This document shows positions 1-18,770 of a stretch of 64,000 bases of DNA, in pieces. A program made the translations under genes and the position numbers. Source of the DNA: the human T2T-CHM13v2.0 reference genome, Homo sapiens; the NCBI RefSeq assembly GCF_009914755.1, contig NC_060938.1; one strand, written 5' to 3'. Position 1 is the first letter of the stretch; each line of letters starts with the position of its first letter. The notes under the pieces were generated by a model. That model ran no database searches, was not told the DNA's origin, and worked only from the letters and a program-made list of their open reading frames with translations.

Positions 1-3000
1 TTCATTTATTTGTGTTATTGTCTTCAATTTCCTTCATTAATGTTTTATAGATTTTAGTGTATAGATCTTTCATCTCCTTGGTTAGATTTATTCCTAAGTA
101 TCCTCTTTTTATGTAGCTATTGTAAATGAGAGATTGTTTTCATAATTTCTTTTTTGGATAGTTTGCTGTTAGTATATAGGACATCAGTTATTTTTGTGTG
201 TTGATTTCGTATTCTGCAACTTTATTTAATTTATCATGTCATCATTTTTTGTGGAGTATTTAGGGTTTTCTATATATAAGATCATGTCATCTCCAAACAG
301 GGACTATTTAGTTATCCTTTCCAATTGGAATACTCTTATTTGTTTTCCTCACCTAATTGCTCTGGTAAGATCTTCCAATACTATATTGAATAGAAGCAGT
401 GAGGGTAGGCATAATTATCTTATTCCTTTGAGGAAAACATTTCCACTTTTTACTATTGTGCTTAATGTCAGCTGAGGGCTTGTCATATATATCCTTCACT
501 GTGTTGAGATACATTTCTTTTGTACCTAGTTGATTGAGAGTACTTATCATGAAAAGATGTTGAAATTTGTCAAATCCTTTACTGAATCTTTTGAAATGAT
601 CATATGGTTTTTCTTCATTGTGTTAATGTGATGTATCACATTTATTGATTTGTGTATATTGAGCCATTCTTCTACCCCAGGAATAAATCCCACTTGATCA
701 TGGTGAATGATCCTTTTAATACGCTATTGAATTTTGTTTGCTTATATTTTGTTAAGAATTTCCGTAGCAAAAAAGGCTACATGTTCAGCAGCAATACTGG
801 CCTGTAATTTTTTTTTCTTGTAATGTCCTTATCTGGCTTTGCAATCAGGGTAATTCTGGCATTATAGAAAAGAGTTTGAAAGTGTTTCCTCATCTCCAAT
901 ATATTGGAAGAGTTTGAGAAGGATTGTTGGGTAGAATTTAGTAGTAAAGCCATCTGGTCCTGGGCTTCTCTTTTATTAGACACTTTTTATTACTCGTTCA
1001 ATCTCTTTACTCATTGAACTATTCAGATTTGGTATTTCTTTTATATTCAGTCTTGGTAGATTGTGTGTGCCTAGGAATTTATGTATGTCTTCCAGGTTAT
1101 TCAGTTTGTTGAGTATAATTATAATCACAATAATTGCTTATGATTCTTCATATTGTTATAGTATCATTTTTAATGTCTTCTGTTTCATTTCTGGGTTTGT
1201 TTATTTGAGTATTATTTTTTTCTTAATCTAGCTAAGAGTTTGTCAGTTTTGCTTTTCTTTTCAAAAAACCAACTGTTAGTCTTCTTAATATTTTCTATAT
1301 TTTTTTCTAGTCTCTATTTCTATTCTGATCTTCATTTCTTTTCTTCTACAAACTTTAGTCCTATTATTTTTCCTCATTTTCTTGTTCCTTATACTTAATG
1401 TTAGCTTGTTTATTTGAGACCTCTCTTCTTTTTAAATGGAGGTGTTTTGGGTATAAACTTTCCTGTTAGAACTACTTTTGTTTCATCTGTATTAGTCCAT
1501 TCTCATACTGCTATAAGAGCTTCCCTGAGACTGGGTAATTTATAAAGGAAAGAGGTTTAATTGCCACAGTTCCACATGGCTGAGGAAGCCTCAGGAAACT
1601 TACAATAATAGCAGAAAACAAAGCAGGCATGTCTTACATGGCAGCAGGCAAGAGAGAGGGAGTAAATGAAAGAGAAACTTCCAAATACTTATAAAACCAT
1701 CAGATCTTGTGAGGACTCACTATCATGAGAACAGCATGGGGGAAACTGCCCCCATGATCCAATCACCTCCTATCAGTTCTCTTCCTCAACACCTAGGAAT
1801 TACAATTCAAGTGGAGTTTGGGCAGAAACAGAAAACCTAACCATATCAGCATCCCATAAGTTTTGGTATGTTGTGTTACCATTTTTATTTTTCTCATGAT
1901 ATTTTTAATTATCTTTTTATTTCTCTTTACTCATTGATTTTTCAGGAGCATATTTTTAAATTTCTATCTGTGAATTTCTCAAGATTTCTCCTCTTACTTT
2001 TCTTCATGGCATTGTGATTGCAAAAGATAATTGATCATAACAGATTTTGTCATTTTAATTTTTTCAGACTTGTTTTGTGGCCTAACACATGATCTGTCTT
2101 GGAGAACATTGCCTGAAAAGGTATATTCTGTTGCTGTTTGATGGAATGTTCTGTGTATGTCCTTTAGGTCAATTTGATCTAAAATGTAGCCAAAGACCAA
2201 TGTTTTCCTATCAATGTTCGGTCTAGATCATCTTTCCATCATTGAAAGTGGATACTGAAGTTCTCTACTATTATTGTATTGCAGTTTATCTCTACCTCAG
2301 ATTGTTTGTTTTATATGTTTAGATACTCTGATATTGGGTACATATATATTTATAACTATTATATCGTCTGGATGAGTTGTCTTCTATTAGCGATATATAA
2401 TAACCTTCTTTGACACTGTTTATTTTTTGTCTCAACATCTATTTTGTCTGATGTAAGTATAGTTAATCCTGTTCTCTTTTTATTTTTACTTATGTAGAAT
2501 TTTTTTTTCATTCTTCACTTTCAGTCTATGTGAGTTCTTAAAATTGAGGCAGGTCTCTTGTAGGCACAATATATTTGGATATTTAAAAAAAATCCATTCA
2601 GTCACTGTGTCTTTTCGTTAGATTATTTAATTCATTTATTTAATACATTCTAGGCTATTGATAGGTAAAAAATACTGTCGTTATTTACTTTGTCTTTCTG
2701 GTTGTTTTATAGATGTTTTGTTCCTTCCTCTCTTGCCATCTTATTTTGTGACTTGATGCTTATCTGTACTGGCATGCTTTTAATACTTTTGTGCATCTAC
2801 TATAGATTTCTATTTTGTGGTTATCATGAAGTTTATATAAAATATTTTATAACAGGTTATTTCAAGCTAATGTTGTTCCATCATTCCCATAGGCTTTCTT
2901 CATTCTTTTTCAACTTAACTTCTATAGCATACAAGCATTCTACACTTTTGACCCCTGTTCTATGTTTTTGTTGTTAAAATTCACGTCTGTTTATATTTGG

Positions 3001-5490
3001 TATTTCTTAACAGTTTAGCTATAGTTGTTTTTGATAGTTTTGTCTTTTAGTCTTTGTGCTAGAGATAAACTTGCTTTACAGTCCTAGAGTATTTCTAATA
3101 TGAACTTGTTTTACTTATACCATTACAAATTGTGCTTTTATATGCTTAATGTTATTAGTTAGCAGCCTTTTGTTTTAGTTTAAATAATTCCCTTTTATAA
3201 TTCCTCTTAGGTAGGCCTAGTGGTGACTAACTTCCTTCACCTTTGTTCTTTAGGGAAAGTTTTTATTTCTATCTCATTTATGAAGGATAGTTTTGCTGGG
3301 GAAAGCATTCTTGTTTTTTGTTTTTGTTTTTTCCTCCTCCAGCACCTTGAATATATCATCATACTCTGTCCTGGACTGCATGGTTTCTGCTTATGAATTT
3401 ACTGATAGCCATATTGAGATTCTCTTATATGTGATGTATTTCTTGTCTCCTGTTGCTCTCATAATTTTTTCTTTGTCTTTAATTTTTGATAGTTTGATTA
3501 TCATGTATCTTAATAAACTCCTCTTTGGATTGAAATTGGAGACCTCTGTACTTCTTGTACCTTGATGTTTGCATCTTTCTTCAGATTTGAGAATTTTTCA
3601 GCCATTGTTTCTTTAAACATGCCTTCTGGTCCTTTTTCTTTCCTCATTCTGCAATTCGTATTACAAAAATGTTAGTCCTGTTAATGTTGTTCTGTCATTC
3701 CCATAGGCTTTCTTTATTCTTTTTCATAGTTTTTGTTTGTTTTCTGACTGGATAATTTCAAATATTCTGTCCTTGAGCTCACTGTCTTTTTTTCTTTGAT
3801 TTGATCATGTCATCTATTGAAGTTTTCTATTGATATTTTAAACTTTTAATCATTGTATTCTTCATCTCTAGGATTTCTATTTTTTTCTGTTTCTACCTTT
3901 TTGGTTTGTTTGTATATTGTTTTCCAAGTTTCATTTAATTTTCTATCCATATATTCTTGTAGCTCATTGATACTCTTTAAGGGAATCATTCTGAATTATC
4001 TGTCAGTCATTTTATAGATCTCCGTTTCCTCAGGGGTTATTATTGGAGCTGTATTAGTTTCCTTTGGAGGTGTCATGATTCCCTGATTCTTCACAATCTT
4101 TATGTCTTTGTGTTGGTTTCTGTGTATTTAAGTAAACAGCCACTTCTTCCAGCTTTTCCAGGTGTTTTTTTTGGCAGGAATAGACCTTTAATACTTAGTT
4201 TAGCCTGTGATTCTGAGCAAGTGAATTGGTAAGAACCCCACGTAGGCAGGGCTTCCTGTCATATTCTTTAGTTAATAGGGTTGCTGCCTTTGCTCTGAGG
4301 TTAAAGATGTCTGCTGGTTGGCCTCCATTGCCTGGCAAAACTACTGGCTTGGCTTTTCAACTGGTAGAGCTGCTAGCTTGGAACCACAATCATAACTGAT
4401 TGGGCGGGATTTCAGGGTATATTCCTTGGCTGAATGGTAACACTATTTGTGATTCACACTTGGGCAAGTCTGCAGGATGAGTTTGAGTTCTGACAGAGTC
4501 ATTGCTTAAAATATATGGGTCTAGAGACTATTAGTTATAGGAATAAATGGTTGACGCTTGTCTCCCTGCCTGGATGGGGCCTTGGAATGGGCTTTGAGTC
4601 TGGGCATAGCTTCTGTTTGGACTCCTGGGTTATGCAGCTCCAACCCTATGCTCCATAGAAAGGTGTTTTGGTTGTATCTCTTTGCCTGAGTGGGCAATTG
4701 GAGGCTTAGCCATGCTGCTGTTTAGACTCCTGGGTTGGGCAGGTTTATCTCCTAAACTCCACAGAAGTTCAACGTTGTGGACATTTTCTTGCCTAAGCAG
4801 GACCTTGAGGTGGGCTCTGAGGCTTTGCTGGGAATGTCTATCCCTCATGCTCTGCTTATGGACATGGAGGCTGCTATCTCTCTGCCTGGGTGGGGCCTTA
4901 GAATGGGTTCTGAGGCTGGACATAGATGCTGGCCATCCAAGGATCCAAACAAGTTTAAACTTCCCACTGCATCTCTGGGAGTGACAAGTTTGGCTTTGTG
5001 GGTCTATGCCTTTGGCTGGCATCTATGATAGGATGCTACTGCTAGCAGAAATACATAGCTGCCACCAAGATCTGCATGCTGGTTACTCAAGCTCCACTTT
5101 CTTTATATCTACCTGACCCCTGGTGCTATAGCCCTGCTGTCACCGGCAGTGTTCCTTGCGATCCAAGACAGGAGTGGGCTTCCTACGAAGTATCTCAAAA
5201 TGCTAGGAAAGCTAGATATCCACCTCCAATTTTGTTTTCCCACTGTAGAAGCTGTGGGACCAAGGGGTTCTTCTTTTGTGTCGCTGTGCCTACTTGGAAA
5301 TGAGAAGGAGTAACACAGCCATAGTGAGACTGTTTCTCTTACCCTTCTAATGAGGCTTTTATGAGGTTAGGTGGTTCACATTTCCAAGCCTTAGGGTTTT
5401 CACAAAGGTGTTCTTGTCAGTAGATGGTCTCTACTTGAATTTTCTGTGGGGAATGGTAAGTCCTGAGACCTTCCATTCTTATTGCTGATG
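1..5490 (-). mobile_element. Old LINE-1 (L1M/L1PB-like): ORF2 5' half, inter-ORF region, ORF1 and 5' UTR; continues left of the window
   Basis: Minus-strand ORF fragments are decayed ORF2 (353-550 'KDIYDKPSADI', 777-983 'RITLIAKPDKDITRKKNYRPV', 1994-2200 'LDQIDLKDIHRTFH'). T-rich antisense composition, with GC-richer 5' UTR-like sequence at about 4200-5490. The 5' boundary is approximate. Confidence 0.85.
1488..1848 (-). mobile_element. MaLR solo LTR (THE1/MSTA-like) nested in the L1
   Basis: Starts tgtattagtccattctc and ends aaccatatca, the reverse complement of the TGATATGGTT...GACTAATACA THE1/MST LTR; 361 bp; TSD tcatc (1483-1487) / gcatc (1849-1853). Confidence 0.9.
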
Positions 5491-5499
5491 TCTATTTCT

Positions 5500-6610
5500 G
5501 TGTTTCATTCTTTTGAATGTTTTCATTATTCTTCTCAATTACCCTTATTACATTTTTAGTCAAACCTTCTTTACCCTTATAATTTATTATTCATTTTTAA
5601 AATCTGAGATAATTTTGCTTTTTGATTATTGAATTTAGGTCTTATGAATAATTTCACATCTTTCAGTTTTATCCATCTTTTTATAGTTTTTTTAAAAATA
5701 TGTGCATTAAGATTTGTTTTAAAAATACAAATGCTTGTTCCATGATATTTAATTCAGGTTGCAGTGTTGTATTACATTTTTCCTTTGTTTTATGGTTGAT
5801 TTTGAGAGGAGAATTTTTATCTACAAAAATATTTTTTCTCATTTTCTTTCTTTTTACAGTGAATTTATATGGATATTATCTGCCATTTTCTGTTCTTCTG
5901 AAATACCGTATTTCCTGAATCACCAGTAATAGGTGACAGAGGCTAGGTAGGAATAAGGAGTTAGAGGGTCTTTACATGTCTTTTAGTTCAACATTTCCTG
6001 TTCTATTGGCGTGAGGAAGTTTAGATTTTTTAATATATGGGGCTTTTTAAGGTGTCTGCTGATTTTGTGATTGTCTTTTGTTTTGGTAGAATCTTTAAAT
6101 TCTGCTGCTTGTGTCTCTCTTCCACTTCTCTGTGGAATATCTAAAGTATACGTCCTCTTTATTTGGGTTTTCCCTCTTTTTCTTAGAAAGCAGTACCCTC
6201 CTAAGACTGTTGTCCCAATGCATTTTTAAGCCTCGTACTTTTAATTCCATTATAGCCAGTTTTCTGAACCAACAGGTCTCAGGTTGCTCTCAGTATTTCC
6301 TCCCAAAAGGGGAAGGCCTCTTTTTGATGATAGTAATTTTTATTTATCTTCTTTTACCCCAACATCTGCAGAGTTTTCTCCTATTCTTTGTATCATGTTT
6401 GCCTGACTTTCCGGTACTTCCTGGACTCTGGAGCTGGCTCTGCTGGTATAAGATATTTATTTTTCTACATACATGCAAATTAAGTTTTACAATATGTTCT
6501 GTCTTCTTACACTGTAGACATGGATTATAAGGGTTCTGTTTGCAGTCTTTATTGAATAGTATGGTTTCTAAATTGTATGAAGTGATTTAGATTCAGGTGG
6601 CCATTTTTAT
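5500..6610 (-). mobile_element. Highly decayed L1M/HAL1-like fragment
   Basis: T-rich sequence resembling antisense ORF1/5' L1M, ending ...ggtggccattttt. Family uncertain. Confidence 0.4.
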
Positions 6611-7522
6611 TTATCAGAAACATGCAATCCCCTCCCATACATATTAATGTTTTTTAAAAAAAGAACATTAGAGCGTGAAAATTTCTGATATTAGGGAACT
6701 AAGCAAGATAAGTCATAAAGAATCAAGATACTTAATGGTCTTTAAATAAAAGGTTTGGTATCTTAAGAACCTCTCAGAAAATTTCATTTAGTGTATATAC
6801 TATTCTTAGAGAATGTCACCGACATAAATCGAAGTTCAGCATGGTTGAATACATAAAACAATATTGAAAGATCAATTTTGAAAGATGTTTTTGGGTCTGA
6901 AGCAGCCTACAAAGTGCAGCTGGCTTGTCATGTGGGGAAAAATAAGAGGAAGTAATTTATCTTTGTTAATAACTGAGGAAGAGTAAATGCACACTTGAAC
7001 TTGGTGCCCCTGTGGGTGATACTTGGTACTGCTATATTAAGAAGGAAGATTTTTTTTTTCTCTTGGGTTCAATCAAGCTAGGAAGAATAAGGTTTTAAGT
7101 TCTCTCAGCTTCGAGCAGTCCAGTAGGGAAAAACTAAGAAGATTATGTCTCATTACTGTGAATCTTATTTTTTTTTTTAGTAAAATTATCAGAGGGAATT
7201 AAAATGCTTGAAAACTGAAAGGGATAAATGATGTGGCTTTTCTTGAAAGAATAATCATCCTTGTGATGCACATAATAATTTCACTGACCAAAAATAAATC
7301 AGTGTATTTTTTAGCTTTCTTAAGTGACTTTAAAAATATCACCAAACTTTAATGTGCCATTTTATTGTAATAGTTATATCAGTTGAAAATACAACATTGT
7401 AATATGTGTACCTTTGACATTTGAGAAATGGAATGATTTAAGATATTGAAAGAGTTTCTGTTTAATGTATGCCTAATCTTCCATAAAAACCTGCAGCAAA
7501 TGCTAAATATGAAACATTTTCT

Positions 7523-9940
<2,418 letters not shown>

Positions 9941-10257
9941 CTAAGGCTAAATATGTTTAGTCTCATCACTTCTACTTAACATTCTACTGGAAGTTTTATC
10001 TAGTACAGTAGGCAAGTGAAATAATACAAACATGAAAATAATTTAAAGATGAGACAAATGAAGCTTATAAAAGTTAAGCAACTTAGCAGTGGTCACAAAA
10101 GTAGTAAATTGTAAAGCAGTATTCAAATACGGATGTTGGGTGGAGGGGTATTTATCTTGGGAGGATTCTTAACCTCTAGAATGTTGGGACTATCAGGAAA
10201 AAGACAACTTCTTATTAAGACTAATAGCTAGATAACAGTGAATTGCCAGTAATAATA

Positions 10258-10657
10258 TGGATGGTTCCTGACTTCCAGTGGTTCAACTTATGAGTTTTGG
10301 ACTTTACAGTGGTGCAAAAAAATGATAAACATGCAATAAAAACTCTACTACAAATTTTGAATTTTTGTCTTTTCCTGGAATACGCAGTAAGATACTCTCT
10401 CATGATGCTATGTAGCAGCAGAAACCTGTAGATCTGATAGCCACTTGATCACAAGAGTAAGCAACTGATACTCTACATTGTGCTGTGTTGTGAGAAGATT
10501 TTGTGCAACTGCTGGCTAAGGAAAGTGTTCTGAGTATGTTTAAGGTAGGCTAAGCTAAGCTATAATGTTCGATAGCTTAGGTGTATTAAGTACATTTTCA
10601 ACTTAATATATTCAACTTGAGTTTATTGAGATGTAACCTCATTGTAGGAATCATCTG
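10258..10657 (-). mobile_element. TcMar-Tigger DNA transposon derivative (MER47/Tigger5-like)
   Basis: Decayed terminal inverted repeats (tggatggttcctgactt ... aggaatcatctg), TA immediately 5', and internal 'tttaaggtaggctaagctaagctat...taggtgtattaa' matching the recalled MER47 consensus. Confidence 0.75.
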
Positions 10658-10773
10658 TTACCTGTGTTTCCTATAAAAACTAAAATTATTTTCTAAAATA
10701 ACCTTAAGCAGCTTTTTTTTTCTTTAATTTCTATACTTAATAAACCTGTTGTAAACCTAGTTTTTGTTTTTAG

Positions 10774-10834
10774 GATACATGAATAGTCCTTACAACTAAT
10801 AGATTTATAATGAGGCACCAGAAAGCAATAACAG
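10774..10834 (+). other. Candidate exon A (61 nt); stops in all three frames
   Basis: Acceptor tttttgtttttag| and donor CAG|gtaaat in non-repetitive DNA. No transcript evidence available. Confidence 0.4.
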
Positions 10835-11307
10835 GTAAATTATTCAAAAATATTAGATTGAGGCTAAGGAAGAGTTTAGGTCATGACCAATAAGTGCAGA
10901 TTATCAGTTTTGAATGTCTCTAACTTACTTATGAATCGACAGCTAGACCAAAGATAGGTGCCCTGTTCTTCAAATAACTAAACATTGAAAGTGATGACTA
11001 TGAACCTGGGTCTTCTAAACACATAAAAATTGCGGAGAGGCAGGCGATAATTTTTCTTCTATGAAAAGTATCACAGGAGGTTTTGAATTGTATTTATGTG
11101 CAAGAATCTTTGATGCATACCATGACAGGCATAACTACATTCCACGATGGACATAACTAGGCCAGACATATAGTCTCTAATCCCTTAGAGCAAGAGTGGA
11201 GCTCCCTGTAGTAGGCAATTAAAGCTTCATTTCTCCCTGTGGGTGGGGATTTGTGTTTTATCAAGAAATAAGAATTCATGGTGAATAGAAACAGGCTTGG
11301 TTCTTTT

Positions 11308-11606
11308 GTTTATTTATTTAGAGATGGAGTTTTGTTCTTGTCGCCCAGGCTGGAGTGCAATGGCTCCATCTAGGCTCACTGCAACTTCTACCTCCCAGGT
11401 TCAAGCAGTTCTCCTGCCTCAGCCTCCTGAGTAGCTGGGATTACAGGTATGCGCCACCACGCCCAGCTAATTTTTGTATTTTTAGTAGACAGAGTTTCAC
11501 CATGTTGGCCAGGCTGGTCTCGAACTCTTGAGCTCAGGTGATCCACTCAACCTGCCTTGGCCTCCTAAAGTACTGGGATTACAGGCATGAGCCACCACGC
11601 CCAACC
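11308..11606 (-). mobile_element. AluS (Sq/Sp-like)
   Basis: Full dimeric Alu in antisense; 15-bp TSD aggcttggttctttt at 11293-11307 and 11607-11621. Confidence 0.95.
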
Positions 11607-11844
11607 AGGCTTGGTTCTTTTAAATAGGGAGTTTAAACTTGAGAAAGGCTAGATGGTCACATTAGGAAAAGCACTGTTCATGATAATAATTTTATTATAT
11701 TTATAGGGCTGGAAGGTATGGAAGAAAAGAAATGGAATATGGAATCTTCTTGTGTATTTCCTCTGTTTTTAAGTTAGCCTGAAACTTTACTCCTCAGAAT
11801 TTCTCTTAGGGAAAGACATAGAATTGCTGAGAGACACTGTCTTT

Positions 11845-11880
11845 AAAAACAAAACAAAACAAAACAACAACAACAACAAA
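11845..11880 (+). repeat. (AAAAC)n/(AAC)n simple repeat
   Basis: aaaaacaaaacaaaacaaaacaacaacaacaacaaa. Confidence 0.85.
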
Positions 11881-12212
11881 CTTAAAAAAACTTCTAAAAT
11901 GATTTATATCTGAAAAATTCTGATGCTCTGTGTTTATTTTACTTAAGTATAAAGAATCTTTTCAGGGACATATTTTTTATAGGATGTGGGGTTAAATTTA
12001 GATTTTCTAAAAGATGCAAGTAAAGGCTGTTGAGAGAATAAAAGAGTAAAAAGAGTGTGATTTTGTGCCATAAAATTTCCTATATTTAGAAAGATTGTGA
12101 GGTAGTTACACTGTGATCACAAAATACATCTATTCAGCTAAGATTTGAATAATTTTTTCTTGAAAGAAGAGTACGATTTTGAAAAGCTCTATAACCTTTA
12201 GTGTGGCTATCC

Positions 12213-12292
12213 ATATAGCTATCTATATATAGCTATATATATATAGATAGATAGCTATATATAGATAGCTATATCTATCTATAGATATAGAT
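12213..12292. repeat. TA/TAGA/TAGC microsatellite containing a perfect 24-bp inverted repeat
   Basis: Arm 12213-12236 atatagctatctatatatagctat is the exact reverse complement of 12251-12274. Confidence 0.9.
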
Positions 12293-12536
12293 TTCCTTAG
12301 ATTCTAAAACCTGAGGATGGGTTGCTACACACAATAGCATAGATGAATCTCTCTAACAGGATGTTGGGCAATTATGCAATTCTCCAAATAACATAAAGAA
12401 TAGATTCCATTTATATAAAGCAAAAAGGCAGGCAAAATGAAATTAAATGTTTTAGGCAGTTATAACAGTGCTAAAATCATGAAAATCAAGGAAATGTTTA
12501 TCTCAGAAGCCAGAACAGTGGTTAACCCTAGGCTAA

Positions 12537-12929
<393 letters not shown>

Positions 12930-12985
12930 TAGCCTTACAGGTGGCCACAAGTATGTTGTCTTTATTTTTAAATTGTACATGCATG

Positions 12986-13279
12986 GGCAGGGCATGGTGG
13001 CTCAGGCCTGTAATCCCAGCACTTTGGGAAGCCGAGGCGGGCAGATCACCTGAGGTCAGGAGTTTGAGACCAGCCCTGCCAACATGGCGAAACCCTGTGT
13101 CTACTAAAAATAAAATTAGTTGGGTGTGGTGGTGGGCGCCTGTAATCCCACCTACTTGGGAGGCTGAGGCAGGAGAATTGCTTGAACGTGGGAGGTGGGG
13201 GTTGCATTGAGCCGAGATGACAGCCACTGCACTCCAGCCTGGGCAACAAAGTGAGACTCTGTCTCAAAAAAAAAAAAAA
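12986..13279 (+). mobile_element. AluS (Sx/Sz-like)
   Basis: Starts ggcagggcatggtggctc and ends in poly-A; TSD aaa(t/g)tgtacatgcatg at 12970-12985 and 13280-13295. Confidence 0.95.
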
Positions 13280-14383
13280 AAAGTGTACATGCATGTCTTG
13301 TGCATTCTTCTGTTTGCATGTATCTCAGAGAAAAATATTTACAAAGGTTGAAAAAAGGATAAAATAATAAAAATTCTCCCAAGGAGGAAAACCATATTTC
13401 TAACTTGTAGTGCAAAAAAAAAAAAGGATGTTCTAAATTAGTATTTTACAAAGTAACTTAACAGCATTTTGATTGCATGGGTAATATTTTCTAATAGAAC
13501 GTATCAATTTTTACCTTATATGTTTAGCTATAACTTTCTTCTAGAATATCAATTTATAAATAGTTATAATGTGCCGTTAATTTATGTGGTTAATGTAAAA
13601 CTTATCATAGTGAAGAAACAAAGCATTAGTGTTGGAAGTGTATATCATTCCTGCTGTTTTTGAAAGCATTATATATATGGCTTTTAAAGAAATTTCCTTT
13701 GGATCAGAAATGTAAACTGCAGCTATCAATTAGAAAAGTGAATATATTATCAAAGACTCATGGAAGTTTGAGACCCACGTGCCTTTGGTGAGTTGTCTAG
13801 GTTGAATTTTTTTTTCTTTAGCTTATTCAGAATGCAGGAGAAGATGCGTTTCAGATGAATCATGGGTCAATTTTTAAAGACCTTTAGATAAAGAAATTAA
13901 AACTTAAAAAAACTTTTCATGATTACAATTTTGTGTGTCTTACCATCTCTCTGATTCTAATGTGGGTAGTTACTGCCCATAGGTTTAATTTGGAAAGATT
14001 TAGGGAAGTAGTAATCAGTGGTCTTATTTTGTACAATAAAATTTTATGAATGTGACTTCCATAGTTTGTTAATTATATTGTCTTTGAAAATTATAAAAGG
14101 ATCCTAATTAGGAAAAGTAGATATCTGTCAAATTTCTGTCATGCTGATATATTTTGAATATGTTTATTATTCTCTTAAGAAGTTCTTTTTCGACTTAAAA
14201 ATGTTTGTCTCTGTAATATAGGTAGAGATATATTGAATTCGTATCCATGGTACTGATTGTTTTCACAACTGCTCTGTGCTATTAAGTCATTATTTCCAAT
14301 TCATTTATTCATGCTATTTAAACAGATTTATATGTCAAACATATAAGTAAGGTCATAAATGTGTTTATCTCCTTGCATTTCAG

Positions 14384-14462
14384 GTTTTCAATCTCCTAAT
14401 CAGTGGTATCTTCACATGTAGAGCTACTTTCCAACATTCGGACAATGTACCTTCCAAAGGAG
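14384..14462 (+). other. Candidate exon B (79 nt)
   Basis: Acceptor ctccttgcatttcag| and donor GAG|gtagta. One frame is open (VFNLLISGIFTCRATFQHSDNVPSKG); another reads FSIS*SVVSSHVELLSNIRTMYLPKE. Confidence 0.4.
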
Positions 14463-14589
14463 GTAGTATTTGCCAAACACGCTTTCTTATGTGGTCTTTT
14501 GGGAGAAACAGCATTGGAATGATACACTCTATTTGTGTAGAGTTGTATTTGTCCTACCTTTTTTAAAACCTTAGCAAGAGAAGGCTTAG

Positions 14590-14785
14590 TGTGTATTAGG
14601 CATCACGATAGGTATTATTAAATTCTTTGCCTCATTTAATTTTCATGGCATCTCTATGAGATTAAACATTATTACTCTCATTTTACAGGTAACTAGTAAA
14701 GGCTCAGTGTTATTAAATTACTCATCAAGGATACAGTTAGGAGATCAAAGATCTGGGGGTGGACCCTGGTCTACCTGATTCCATA
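14590..14785. mobile_element. MIR SINE fragment
   Basis: MIR core-like 'attattactctcattttacaggtaact...ggctcagtg...aattactcatcaagg'. Confidence 0.6.
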
Positions 14786-14797
14786 TGTATTCTTTAT

Positions 14798-14920
14798 ATA
14801 TATGTGTATATATTTATTATACTTTAAGTTCTAGGGTACATGTGCACAACATGCAGGTTTGTTACATATGTATATGTGTGCCATGTTGGTGTGCTGCACC
14901 CATTAACTCATCATTTACAT
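14798..14920 (-). mobile_element. Very short (about 120 bp) L1PA 3'-end insertion
   Basis: L1PA 3' terminus in antisense (tatactttaagttctagggtacatgtgcacaac...); TSD tattctttat at 14788-14797 and 14921-14930. Confidence 0.9.
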
Positions 14921-16332
14921 TATTCTTTATCATAGTATGGTTATGAGGTAATGTTATAGAACTGACTTAAAGTCTGCATTTGGTGGAACTATTTTACTGG
15001 TATCTTTAAATCCAGAAACTGGCTTGTAATCTCTGGCTCAGGAATCCTCACCCTTCTCCATTGTCTTTTCACTTAGGACACCATCATATCAATCACTGTG
15101 AGTGCCTACACTTGCTCTGAAAATCTAATCCAACTCTCTCTTTCAAGCACTATCCATGCTGATGCTATCTTTCTAAAAGGCTGTTCTGAGCTATGTAGTG
15201 TAATAGTTAAGAGCATGAGTTCGAGAGTCAGACTGAGATTTAAATTCTAGTTCACTTTTAATCAGTCACGTGATTTTCCTTTAATCAGTCATGTGATTTT
15301 TAACAAATTACTGTCAGGATAAAGATCCTCTTTACCTTGTTAAACAAGACCCTTTATTATTTGGTTCTTGCCTGTTAGTCCAATGTCATCTCTTTCTAGT
15401 CAACTCCTAATCACTCTCCCTTGTTAAGGAGTTGCTTGTAGACATCTTGCTATTTTAGAGTCAAGCTTATATAAAAGCTGGGAATCATCCTTAAACATCA
15501 CCTGAGGGATCAGAAAGATCTAAGATTTGTGGTTAGTCATATGCCTTTCTCAGTGGCTGAAATTCTCCTTTCATTGATTATTTACTCTCCCTTCCCCTTC
15601 TCTTCACATACATATTTGCTAAAACCTTGCCCAAAGGTAAGATCTTCTTAAGCATGGGGTCTTTGTTTTCCTTTGTGCTTTCATTAGTGCAATAAAATGC
15701 ATGTATTTCTTCCATCTCTTTTATATTATACTTCATTGTAGTTGTTGATTTACTTATATCTTGTCTCTAGTAGAATCAGTGGTCATTAGAAGAAATCACT
15801 TCTTATTTAACTATCACTGGAATCTACTTCAGTGCCAGCCACATGGTAAATTCTCCACATTGTGGATTGCATGAGTGTGTGTCAAATTAATTCAATAGGG
15901 TAGGTGAAAATGAAGGCCAACATCAATACTAACTTAGAATCATACTTGTTTATCATCTGTGAAATGGGTCAAGAGGAGGAAATAGTATAATTCTAGATAA
16001 GTATATTTTATGTTAGCTATAATATTTCTAATAGAAGGTAAAGAGGTATAATTCTGTCATTTATATTTTTTCTTAAGATAGACCTTTATTAAACAGTCTA
16101 CTACCTTTTCATTATTTTAGGCTAATATAAGCTGTATGGCAAGTTTGCATGTTGGTGAGCCAAAATTACTGAATAAATTCAAGGTAATAGAAATAAGTAT
16201 TTGCTAGCTTATAACTGACTGTATATGTGTATATACTTTTGAATATGTACTATGGACATTATGGGGGTGTGCTGGGATAGATGCATTCATAGAGGATAGT
16301 AAATATCAAATTTAATAGTGCCAAAGTTTTCT

Positions 16333-18770
<2,438 letters not shown>

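Noticed and set aside
4630-5303. Overlapping ORFs in a GC-richer stretch, likewise 57604-58799
   Set aside because: They lie in L1 5' UTR sequence and show no recognisable domain.
6810-6985. Possible additional upstream + strand exon (NVTDINRSSAWLNT*NNIERSILKDVFGSEAAYKVQL)
   Set aside because: Weak acceptor and no convincing donor; worth revisiting only if the exon chain is confirmed.
15257-15300. 23-bp tandem duplication tttaatcagtca(c/t)gtgatttt
   Set aside because: Ordinary slippage duplication within MIR-like sequence.
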